From Octopus sinensis (Eukaryota), in contig NC_042997.1 of assembly GCF_006345805.1 (NCBI RefSeq), positions 60,822,001 to 60,886,000 on the forward strand: a stretch of 64,000 bases of DNA, in the 5' to 3' direction. Positions 24,401 through 33,947 of the stretch are shown here, piece after piece. Both the position numbers and the translations under genes were made by a program. The notes under the pieces were generated by a model, which ran no database searches, had not been told where the DNA came from, and saw only the letters and a program-made list of their open reading frames with translations. The first letter of the stretch is position 1. Every line of letters begins with the position of its first letter.

Positions 24401-27400
24401 GCTGGTGAACCAGATGGCTGCACCAGGCTCCAATCTTGATCTGACAGAGTTTCTACAGCTGGATGCTCTTCCTAATGCCAACCACTCCGAGAGTGTAGTG
24501 GGTACATTTACGTGTCACCGGCTCGGGAGCCAGTCAGGCGGTATTTGGCAATGACCTTGCTCAAATCACTTTACACATGCCACCGGCACAGGTGCCAGTA
24601 AGGCGATGCTGGTAACGATCACGCTCGAATGGTGCCTTTTATGTGCCACCGGCATGGAAGCCAGTAGCACATAAAAGACACCATTCGAGTGTGATCGTTA
24701 CCAGCATCACCTTACTGGCACCTGTGCCGGTGGCATGTATAAAATGATTCGAGCGAGGTCATTGCCAGTATGGCCTGACTGGCCCCCGTGATTAAAAAAA
24801 AACCCTTCAAAGCAGTGGTTCTGCATGACTGCAGCCCAATAACAGAAACAAGCAAAATATATATTTAGCACATAATCTGATAATTTTGAACTGAACTAAA
24901 ACAAATTAGTTTGAAAAATATGCTTAGGCTTTGGATTTAAAATATCTGTGAAACAACTTGTACTTTCAATACTTCATAGTACTCATTAATTTCTTGAAAT
25001 GATTTCTTCAAGTGGTGGCTGTAAGTTATTGACAACAGAGAAGCCACAGTCACTTGGAGAATAGCAAATAAAGGAAAGCAAAAGAGAGAGAAATACTCAG
25101 CAGTTATTTATTTGTATTTCATGTTCTATGAGAAAAAAAACCCCAGAAAACAAAACATTGAAAGCAAAACCATTAAATTGTACAGTGTAGTTTATTATAG
25201 GCAAACAATTTAAACACTATAATTGTTTTCTCTTTTAACAATACACATCTTGTTGTTCTTTATAATGTTATATGATTATACAACTGACAAGTTGAAATAC
25301 TTAGCTCTATTTTGTTTATTATAGGATTGCATTCTGTAATAAACATATCTTCTTGCTAAGAATTTACCATGAAACTAGGCATTTATTATATTAAGCTTAC
25401 TTAACTATTATAATTTTAGTTGAGGAGTGACAAATGGGAATTTGAATGTAGTACTTTCTATTTAGCAGATGAATGAAAGTGAATCAAAAAGAAAGTTCGA
25501 TATCAAAAGCTAGAAGTAAGCCATAAGTTGATGGTGGAGGGTACGTGTGGTATAAAAAATCAAACAAGAATTCAGAAAAAATCTTTAGGTTACGTATGTA
25601 AACAGTGTGCTTCATGGATGTGGAGACACAAATTATTGTAGTTCTTCCTAAGATATTTGAAGTGATGTATTATATACTGAACTACTAGTATAATGTTTTC
25701 TTTCAAAGTGGAAGAAGTTTATGAAGATCAAATCCCACTGTGCTCCTCTTAGACTCCTACTAAGTAAAGCAAATCATTCCTTCATTCATTTTACATCTGT
25801 TTTACCATGCTAATATGGGTTTGAGGAATACACATTATTGAGAGATTGTTTCACAGTTGGATGCCTTTCTGTTGCAAACTCTTGCCTGTTTTTTTTTTAA
25901 TGTAAGAGATTTTTCATTCCACTATTCTTCAGTATTACAGAGCTAGTGGATGACTTACTGACTGAGAATTGTCAGTAAGTAACACTGTACCTCTGCATTT
26001 TTTATGTAATATGTAAGAAGTAAATATTCACACAAACACATACATGCATGCATGCATGCAAACAATCACACACACATACATGCATACACCATGGGCTTCT
26101 ATACAGTTTTTCCCCACCATATTTGCACACAAGGTATTGATTGACCTAGGGTTATAACAGAAAACACTTCCCCAAAGTATCATGCAGTGAGACTAAACTT
26201 AAAACCATGTGGTTGAGAAGTGAACATCTTAACCACATGGTCATGTCTGTGCTCATTATAGTTTTACACTGTATTTTGGCATGAGTACACACAACAACCA
26301 CACACTTCATACTCATTCATTCATTCATTCATTTTACAGGGGTTTTTTCTGTGCTAACATGGGTTAGATGAATATATTATCAAGGAATTGTTTTACTGCT
26401 TACTTGTTTTTAAGTTATGGATCTTTTATATCACATGCCTTAGAGGGCATACACACACATGATTGGTTTCTTTCAGTTTGTCTCCCAAATTCATTTACAA
26501 GGCTTTAGTTGACCTGGGGTTATGATAAAAGACATTTTTTTGAGATGCTGTGAAGTGGGACTGAACTCAAAACCACATGTTTGTGAAGCAAACTTTTTAA
26601 TCATGCAGCTGTGTATATATGTGTGTGTGTGATTAAGTGTGAGTGTTTCTTGCTCCTTATCTTGAGGAGAATCGTTCCAGTGCTTGTGTGTCCATGCTTA
26701 AAATTTAATATTGATGATGAAAATTTTACTAAAGAATATTGAAGTTTGTGCTTATAGAAATATTCAAAGTAACATATGTAGTATCAGTAAATGCCTCATG
26801 ATTCAGTACCATGAACTGCATTGTCAAGTCAACAAATTTTTATATACTTGTTTTATCAGCATAGAATGGTTTTGTTTGTACAGTTGCTAAAGTAACGGTT
26901 TGTTCCAGCCATTTTTATATCAAAGTGGCAAAAATAAACATTGATTTCGATATGAAATGAACTGATGCGTCTCAGGTGACAAATATTTTCAATAAGTACT
27001 CTGTCTGAAGGGAATATGTTTATAGTTGCTTGCTTTTTTAAATTGCTTCCAGTGTTGATGTCTACTGATGTGAAATATATTTGCTGCATCAATGATTCCA
27101 TAAATGTGAAAATGGCAGCAGCAGCAAATAATTAAGTGTTTGGATGGGAAGATTAAGTTCTACGTGCATTGTCAAATGCTTCTTAGATATGCAAATGAAG
27201 CATACAGTTCCTTACTCCACTCTATAATTCTCTGAGTATTGATAGCCTTGTAACGTCTAAATTTCAGGGAAGCATTCTGTTTAGCAATCAGTACTTAAAA
27301 GAATTCTCCTAATGTTTGTCTAAAGAGACAGTCTCATTAACTTTAGCAGCTTTAAACCCCAAACTTTTATATCAAGACTAAGTATCGTTATCACACATCA

Positions 27401-30400
27401 TAAAATAAAGTACCTTATTGGCTAAATATATGCGTTTTATGAGGTTGCTATACATAATTATAGATGTTTGCAATAACTAACTATAAATTGCAAATATTGG
27501 ACATGATTGGCAATGATTGCAACTAAAATCAATAAAGACTTTAAGCTAATAGATAAACTAAATACCTTCAGCATTAATTATGTTCCATGTCAACAGCTTA
27601 ATATCATATAAGCAAATTAGGAAAGTATATTAATGACACTTTCACCTTTGATGAAAAGTGAATGCATTTAACATTCTAAAGATTCACTCTTAGAATTTAT
27701 CCTCCCACAATTTAAAGTATCTTTTTATATAAGAATTTAAAAATCACTATATTATAAACTTATTCCTTCTCTTTATTTTAGGAAATATTTGTATTTAACA
27801 TAATTACACTTACTTTGGATTCTGAAATACACTCTTCATTTAAACCAAATAAGATTTAGCAAATATATTTTAAAATAAAAATAACAAAAATACTTTTTAA
27901 TGCACAGCTCATTATTAAACCAGTTTTCTTTAACAAAACTTATTCTGATCCATCCAATTTACTGAGGAGTATTATTCTCAATTTTGTATATATCAGTTCA
28001 ACTAGTCTGAATATAATCTGACGAATTTAAATGAAAGCTCTTTCAACCATATGTGGCATTTCTCTCCCAATCAATCTAATTTGCCAATTACATTCCTCAA
28101 ACATTTTACTTTCTATATTTAATGTCAGTTGGCTCATTGAAAAGCTTATGATTTTAAAAACTAGCACTGTACCTTTTATGCAATGAAATAACTAAGTAGT
28201 TATCACCTAAATAAAAATATAGTGATATTGGCAGAAAAATAAAAAAACATATAATTAACTACACAATTTAAAGAAAAAAATTTAATTTAGAAATGGAAAA
28301 GAAATATTTGCCTTAGCACAATATAATTAGTCATTATATTTTCAATAGAAGCTTAAGACAAAACTTACTGTGATGAGAAAGGGCACTGTATTTATTAATT
28401 CTAAGATGAATTCCACTGACAGAATTTGTTGTAATATATTACCCTTAAAAGTATAATGAAAACAGAAAAAAATTAATCATGTTCAGAATGCAAATATTAA
28501 TAATTAAATATACGTTAACATTCATGTATATTACTTTAAGAAATTCTATTTTCAATTTCATTTTTAATTTCATATATCTTTCAAGCTTTAATTATTTCAA
28601 AATAATACATATTATAATTATTAATAATAGTTTTAATTCTAGTTAGATAGCAAAAATATCGATATCAACATCACAAGTAGAAAATATTAAAGAAAACACA
28701 AAATTGAAGTTTGAATTATTTAGCAAGCAATTTATATCAAATATGCCACTTACCTTATAACTTAAATACTGAACTAGGACTGTTTCTGTGAGACTAATTG
28801 TTGCAACTGTTAACTGGCAAATCCATAACCCTTGCGAGCGATTTACCCAGAATATGTCTTCCCTTAAATTATGGAAATAGAAAACAAATATTTTTCTTTT
28901 ATATATAAATAAATTTAAAATACAAGAAGTACCCAAATTCAATATAATATACACTACTATTAAATATTATATTTATAGTAAAAAAAATCTATATTCAGTT
29001 ATTCTTTAACAAAGCCTTCTTATAATTGTTGTCATCATCATCATCATTAATATTGATATGCTTCTTTACATTTCAATCTTGGTTCTTAACAATTCCTAAC
29101 CTTCTCATTGTTAACCAAATTCCTTCAACAAAATAAGACATGATAAAGATAAAAGAATTTTAATGAATTGCATTTTGATGAATTTTTATCTCCTAAGAAT
29201 ATTGTAGTAAACCATTTTTCTGAAAAATAAAGTTGAAGCCCTAGTATTATCTATGAAGTTGATTTGAAAATATATCTAGAACCACTCCACTTCTTGACTT
29301 CAACAAAAGCAAATGTTGCACATTAGGCAATTGAAAATCAATAGCTATATGTTAAGCTCACAATGATGGATTATGATATAGTTCAATGCTATTTTATCAC
29401 AGGGAGATAGAATTCATCATTTTCACATTTATATATGTTTTTTTTTTTCCAAGCTGGCATTTAGTGAACAGGTCATCATAATTTGTGTTTGTGTCATTTT
29501 GTATATATAACAACAGAAAAAATCAGCCAACTTTGGTGTTGAGTCTTACAGTATAGACTGGGTACATTTTGGAAGATTTGCCTATGTGGAAGAACTAAAG
29601 AGTCCCCACTAGCCTATGGCAATTTCATTCAGAGCTCCTAACCTCTTAGATGTTAGCCTATGATGTGGCTTGCAGAGTTGATATCCTATTTGTATGTTCC
29701 ATTTTTGGCATAGTTTCCATGGTTGAAGATTCTGGTCAATATTAACTGCTGAGTAACACATATCAGGTTGCATTTTATTGTGCTACTGGTTTGCTTGCAA
29801 CAGGAGGATTGAAGAATCTCCACTATTCTGTATCAGTTAATATTTGGAGTTACAGTCCTCTAAAATAAGCATATTTGTCAATATTATGCGAAGAGTTTTA
29901 TTGATAATTTTTCATGAAGAAATGTGGGCATAGAATTGCCTTTCTTATGAAAGTAGGAAAGTTTTGCAGTTGCAGTCTTGGATTTTCACTATGACCCTAC
30001 GAGAGGTGTGTTTATTTAATGATAGTATCAGGTTGCCAGCACAACATTTAGTGGAGATGGGGAGGACATTTGAGACTATGAAGAAGAGATTTATCATGAT
30101 GTTAGCTGGACTTAAGTAGGATTAAAAGAATATTGGCATATACCTGCATAAGAATATACCTGCATTGTTAGGATAGGGATGAGGGTGAGAGCACAGCTTG
30201 CAACATATACAGCCATTTAGGAAGAGAGAGAAATAGTATAATAGTATCAATAGAAAATTAAAATAGAAATTTAACTCAGAGAGGTTTGCCTTTTGCTGAA
30301 TGAAAATAAAATCACAGGAAAAATATTCCAATTTTGGTCAGGAAAATAGTCAAAGGAAAATTATTTCAGCACAATAAATGATATTTAAATTTAAAGTAGG

Positions 30401-30435
30401 GTTGATGATGATGAGTGTATGGAGTGTGTGTGTGT

Positions 30436-30511
<76 letters not shown>

Positions 30512-30677
30512 ATGTATGGTGTGTGTGTTATATTATTTTTCCAGTGATGGTTTTTTTTTATGAGTGGGAATAGCTACAGGAATACATCACAATTTAAGCT
30601 AGGAAAAATGTTATGTTTATTAAACATCATACATAAATAAATCAAGGCTTAGGGCTAGCAAGGAAGGGAGGGAAAGA

Positions 30678-30723
<46 letters not shown>

Positions 30724-31283
30724 TTGAGAGAGAGGATGATGAGAGATTGAGAGACAGAATGATGGAGAGAGATAGTGAGTGTGTATGTATGTGTGTGCAT
30801 GTATCTTTTCAAGTGACTTTTAATGAATAGAAATAAAGTTACTGGAAAAAAGAAGGCATGCAAAAAATAAGTGTTGGGTAGGAAAAATTTATTCAATAGT
30901 TAGAATATTTAGGGTCAGGGTTTGGGTTCAGAGCATGTGTGTGTGTGGTGTGTGCGTGCTTCTGTGTGTGCACGTGTGTGTGCATGCATACTATAAATTT
31001 TTCAGTGTGACATTTTTCTGCTTGTAAGTTTTGGACATGATTTGGTCTCAAGTCCATATATATATATATATATATATATAATGAAAGAAAGAAAATGGAG
31101 AATTATGGATGTATAAATAATTTATTTTGTATGATATTATGAGGTTGAAAGTTTTTATAAAAACAATACAAATAAATTATAAAGAAATGGCAGATGCCAA
31201 AAACCTACATGTATTTCGATTCATGCCCCTAGGTGATTCATAATACTAAGCATATGAGGCAGAATCTCATCAGGGCTTTATAC

Positions 31284-31318
<35 letters not shown>

Positions 31319-31743
31319 CATATATATGTATGTATATATATAAATATGTATATGTATATATATATATAAATATGTATATGTATGTATATATATATATAAA
31401 ATTAAATAAGGGTAGAAATTGGTATTAATCAATTAAAACCAGTGACCTAGCATATTTTTAAAGAACCTGAAGATTAAAAATTTTTTTACATACAAAATTT
31501 AGAGGACTGACCACTAAAAATATGGACAGCGTATATGCTAGATATAGACGTCAAAATCACCATTTTTCACAAAGAATGTGCTCTCAAGAAAAAATTCAGC
31601 AAAAAACCAAAGTGTTTTTTGGTTTTTTGCTGAATTTTTTCTTGAGAGCACATTCTTTGTGAAAAATGGTGATTTTGACGTCTATATCTAGCATATACGC
31701 TGTCCATATTTTTAGTGGTCAGTCCTCTAAATTTTGTGTGTGT

Positions 31744-31796
<53 letters not shown>

Positions 31797-32183
31797 CGTA
31801 TATGTATACATATAAAAAATATCAAAGCCTTGTGATTGAGTTTGGTAGGCAGAAATTCCCCTCATGTGAAAGTGTTTGCGCCCCCTTTAATACACACACA
31901 CACACACACACACATACATACTAATATAGTGTATCCAGAACGTGCACATATTGCTATGAGAGGGAAGTTAAGGAGGAAAGAGTAGAGAGGAGGATGGTTG
32001 AGAGCTAGTATTACAATACTGAGAGAGATTTTAAAATAGAAATATTTAATTAAAATTTCTGAGCTTGCTTTGATAATTTGTAAAAAAGGGTTTATTGACT
32101 AGATATATGGGTTTTTCTACATGTAACTCAAACAGAATTTCCATCTAGTTGAATTCATAAGGTATTATATGAACATGCACATA

Positions 32184-32280
<97 letters not shown>

Positions 32281-33947
32281 GCAATAATACTTACTGAATT
32301 TTTTAAAATATTGAATTAAATTAAATTTCTTAGACTGATTTGACAATTTGTAAAAAGGTTTGTTCTTCAAATATATGCAGTTATTTCTTTCAGATTTAAT
32401 TTAGAGATAATTACCATCCAGTTAAATATGTATAATTCTATTTCTTATTATCATGAAAGTGTTAATATACATATGAATGTAGGTTTTTATTCTGCCAAAC
32501 GAAATTTTAAAATTATATATATATATTTCTGTTTTGTTTTGGATATCAGATATATCTTCTCTCTATCTGTAAAATTAAATTTTACCTGGCATAATACAAA
32601 CAATTAAATCGAATTAAATTTTACAAGATATAAAGATGATGTAATGGTTTGTGCATTTCATGATAATACCAGATATCTAAACCACAATACGTGTGAAGTT
32701 GGTATAAAAACCATTTAAATAGAAGGAAGATACAGAATTTTGTTACATTTTCATCTTTGAGAACAGAACAATATCATTATCATTTTATGTCAACTTTTCC
32801 ATGCTGGCCTGGGTTGGATATCTGACAGTCTGAATTAATTCTTATTCATAGTTACTGACAGCCTAAACAGGTTAGGGATCACTTTCACGTGTACACTTCA
32901 TTAAGGTATGGTTTCTGCAACTGGATGTTTTTTCTATTGCCTACCACTTTACCTGGATGTCTTTTCTATTGCCTACCACTTTACCTGGATGCTCATCTTA
33001 TTGCCTACCACTTTACAAAGTGTATTGTGTGCATTTTGTTGTGATAGAGAAGTCCCCAGGGAGACTAAAAATTCCTCTCTATCCTTCAATGCTTTTGTTA
33101 ATTCACCAAATACTTTACAAAGTATATGAGGACATTGTATTGTGCTACAAGCATTATAGAACCTGGCAAGACTAAAAGTTCTCTGTAACCTACATATCTC
33201 TGTTCACTGTTTCCCCAGCAGTAGGTTTTCAAATCCCTTGCAAAACTAAAGAGAATCACCTCTTTCTTGTGTTGTTTTCATACATTTGTTACTCCATCCT
33301 GCACAAGGCAAAAGAGAGCTAAAGTGAAGAGATAGAATAGAGGGTGAGGGAATGATAGACAGCTACAAAACAGCTGTAGATAAATGAACTAGACAGAAGT
33401 AACATGAGAGAAGGAGCAAAAGAATGAGAGAAAGAGAGAAGGACAAAGAACTAGAACAAGAGAGTGATACAAGAGAAAGTAATGTATTGTAAAAACATTG
33501 GAATTGAGGTGTCAGCTGATTCAAAGAAATTAGATATAAATGTCTATGTTGAGAATGAGAACATCTATTATACTAGAATTATGATTAAATGACTTCAAAA
33601 TAATTTTTTAAAAAGTATTGGCATAAAATATTATTAAAGGAATATTTGTAGATTTGACTTTGATGCAATTACCTACCTAACAATGCCAGTTTCAATCAGT
33701 TAAACTGACTCTAGCAAGATGATAACTTCATGCATATGAGTATTTATCAAAACAAAGTAACAAAAAAAAAATTAAAAGAGGAAAGGGTAAACTGATTTTT
33801 GCTGTTGAAAAAAATCCATGAGTATAAAAACAAAATAGTTCCTATACAATCAATATTCTAGCTTTACAGAGAATTCAAAGAAAACAAAATTGAACTTACC
33901 ATTTTATACTTGTAGATTCATTTGAGTCAGTTTCTTTTCGACAAATA
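976..33947 (-). CDS. slo-2: Slo2/KCNT-family (Slack/Slick-like) potassium channel, partial gene: 16 exons, 2121 nt, 707 codons; 5' and 3' exons not found in the window
   Basis: I translated 16 minus-strand segments by hand. All have canonical AG/GT boundaries and matching phases, and they give a continuous protein with Slo2 hallmarks ([78 protein letters not shown]). Family assignment is from remembered KCNT1/Slo2 sequences. Confidence 0.96.
1429..1534 (-). CDS. slo-2: slo-2 exon ([35 protein letters not shown])
   Basis: 106 nt, ctcttcag acceptor, gtaata donor; matches [26 protein letters not shown]. Confidence 0.96.
2306..2576 (-). CDS. slo-2: slo-2 exon, RCK1-RCK2 linker (GTVALELQ...KRPSIAP...[28 protein letters not shown])
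   Basis: 271 nt with no stops; contains the conserved (K/R)RPSIAP motif. The gtaagt donor at 2305 gives the phase 2 required by the next exon. Confidence 0.92.
2840..3103 (-). mobile_element. tRNA-derived SINE family A, decayed copy
   Basis: Reverse complement of the ggtgtggctgtgtggtaag...aaccacgtggtt...cccact head also seen at 24177, 42990-43283, 49935-50240 and 52604; ends approximate. Confidence 0.65.
3557..3714. repeat. MITE-like fold-back, arms about 60 bp
   Basis: ctgtaaaacaatgtctcagtaatatatttattta (3562-3595) pairs with 3676-3709 with 4 mismatches; inner actagcaaggaaaaat / tatttttccatgctagt also pair. Confidence 0.7.
3930..4171 (-). CDS. slo-2: slo-2 exon, end of RCK1 and linker ([10 protein letters not shown]...LNPGPRHIM...[10 protein letters not shown]...VASMIASVG)
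   Basis: 242 nt within ORF 3838..4251; cataatag acceptor, gtcagt donor. Confidence 0.95.
5061..5210 (-). CDS. slo-2: slo-2 exon, RCK1 ([50 protein letters not shown])
   Basis: 150 nt, atttcag acceptor, gtaagt donor. Confidence 0.96.
5759..5867 (-). CDS. slo-2: slo-2 exon, RCK1 ([36 protein letters not shown])
   Basis: 109 nt, catttcag acceptor, gtaaga donor. Confidence 0.96.
6732..6840 (-). CDS. slo-2: slo-2 exon, RCK1 ([36 protein letters not shown])
   Basis: 109 nt, ttatttag acceptor, gtaaat donor; highly conserved Slo2 motif. Confidence 0.96.
7125..7188 (-). CDS. slo-2: slo-2 exon, RCK1 ([21 protein letters not shown])
   Basis: 64 nt, cattcag acceptor, gtaagt donor; phases match neighbours. 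Confidence 0.94.
7628..7764 (-). CDS. slo-2: slo-2 exon, RCK1 ([13 protein letters not shown]...[14 protein letters not shown])
   Basis: 137 nt, ttctcag acceptor, gtatgt donor; within ORF 7591..7788. Confidence 0.96.
9660..9900 (-). mobile_element. RTE-LINE-type 3' end with expanded (CAT/CAC)n tail
   Basis: catcatcattta-gtgtctgttttccatactg...ggatacccttcctaacactgaccactttaca matches the tail family at 24336, 49476 and 50268; boundaries approximate. Confidence 0.6.
10690..12655 (+). mobile_element. Decayed RTE-clade LINE: RT C-terminal remnant, long 3' UTR, (GAT)n tail
   Basis: Translates with stops and frameshifts to ...[13 protein letters not shown]...[11 protein letters not shown]...[10 protein letters not shown]...RGRPRK..., typical of the RTE ORF C-terminus. 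A pyrimidine-rich UTR with internal duplications follows, ending in (gat)n at 12623-12654. Confidence 0.75.
12772..12936 (-). CDS. slo-2: slo-2 exon, S6-RCK1 linker and RCK1 start ([16 protein letters not shown]...[10 protein letters not shown])
   Basis: 165 nt, phase 0/0, within ORF-track entry 12721..13149; tttttcag acceptor, gtacaa donor. Confidence 0.96.
13359..13542 (-). CDS. slo-2: slo-2 exon, pore helix, TVGYGD selectivity filter and S6
   Basis: 184 nt encoding [11 protein letters not shown]...[37 protein letters not shown]; filter codons at 13437-13454; ttgcag acceptor, gtaag donor. Confidence 0.97.
16318..16412 (-). CDS. slo-2: slo-2 exon, S4-S5 linker and S5 ([32 protein letters not shown])
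   Basis: 95 nt, ttaaatag acceptor, gtctgt donor; phase 2 joins the next exon. Confidence 0.95.
18339..18477 (+). mobile_element. 5' end of a mariner (same family as 39631-40903), cut off at a retroelement insertion site
   Basis: About 140 bp nearly collinear with 39631-39770 (TIR-like tattggattgatccataaataat...tttttcaattgcatga-ctaaaagtc...aaactacctgcatcaacttgctataa...ttattcttactgcaagttt). Confidence 0.85.
18478..20021 (+). mobile_element. Non-LTR retroelement A (L1/Tx1-like ORF1 with degenerate CCHC zinc knuckle, no ORF2 visible), 19-bp TSD
   Basis: Flanked by identical ttattcttactgcaagttt at 18459-18477 and 20022-20040. ORF 18883..19455 extends upstream to about 18671 with one stop and one frameshift. 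[14 protein letters not shown] has CX2CX4HX4C spacing. T-rich 3' region with AATAAA just before the right TSD. Clade assignment is inference. Confidence 0.75.
20041..20805 (+). mobile_element. Non-LTR retroelement B, 5' part; diverged relative of element A
   Basis: Translates to [20 protein letters not shown] and [15 protein letters not shown], paralogous to A's [21 protein letters not shown] and [15 protein letters not shown]. Contains stops and frameshifts; truncated by an RTE fragment. Confidence 0.75.
20806..20990 (-). mobile_element. RTE-LINE internal fragment
   Basis: ORF 20702..20968 begins [45 protein letters not shown], typical of the RTE region between endonuclease and RT. Confidence 0.75.
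21028..21256. repeat. Long palindrome, 105-bp arms, 19-nt spacer, 2 mismatches
   Basis: Arm 21028-21132 compared base by base with the reverse complement of 21152-21256; lies between (TA)n tracts. Confidence 0.9.
22326..22409 (-). CDS. slo-2: slo-2 exon, S4 ([28 protein letters not shown])
   Basis: 84 nt, ttttgcag acceptor, gtatgt donor; conserved uncharged S4 of Slo2. Confidence 0.95.
24177..24850 (+). mobile_element. SINE family A copy interrupted by an inverted RTE-tail element (about 24336-24790)
   Basis: SINE head at 24177 (ggtatgtgtggctgtgtgtaagaag); the SINE 3' part (aaaacccttcaaagcagtgg...gaaacaag) resumes after 24790. The insert starts with (cat)n-gtttaacgtccgttttccatgctagc. Confidence 0.7.
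26095..26610 (-). mobile_element. Two decayed SINE family A copies in tandem (about 26095-26250 and 26445-26610)
   Basis: Both carry the reverse-complement head (...ctaaacttaaaaccatgtggttgagaag...; ...gggactgaactcaaaaccacatgtttgtgaagc...). Confidence 0.55.
28369..28443 (-). CDS. slo-2: slo-2 exon, S3 ([25 protein letters not shown])
   Basis: 75 nt, phase 0/0, ttttaag acceptor, gtaagt donor; matches KCNT GNIWEQIF...LEMINTLPFIIT. Confidence 0.94.
28754..28862 (-). CDS. slo-2: slo-2 exon, S2 ([36 protein letters not shown])
   Basis: 109 nt, taag acceptor, gtaagt donor; aligns by eye to KCNT ILWV...ETMLLIYLSYK. Confidence 0.93.
30421..30510. repeat. (TG)n microsatellite
   Basis: Direct reading. 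Confidence 0.95.
31492..31737. repeat. Perfect palindrome, 120-bp arms, 6-nt loop
   Basis: 31492-31611 is the exact reverse complement of 31618-31737; I found no mismatch. Confidence 0.93.
32189..32277. repeat. (AG)n microsatellite
   Basis: Direct reading. Confidence 0.95.
32925..33020 (+). repeat. About 32-bp tandem repeat x3 (tattgcctaccactttacctggatg), derived from an RTE-tail motif
   Basis: Three consecutive units visible; resemble ggatgcccttcctaatgccaaccactttaca in the tail family. Confidence 0.7.
33900..33947 (-). CDS. slo-2: slo-2 exon, S1-S2 extracellular loop ([16 protein letters not shown])
   Basis: tttttttacag acceptor and gtaagt donor, 48 nt. It ends in TG, which joins the G of the next exon to form the conserved Trp. 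Contains an N-E-S sequon. The sequence is poorly conserved, so support rests on splice sites and phase. Confidence 0.8.

Noticed and set aside
30140-30240. Twin tgcag|gtatat donor-like motifs
   Set aside because: No convincing acceptor or Slo2-like reading frame; a short local duplication is enough to explain it.
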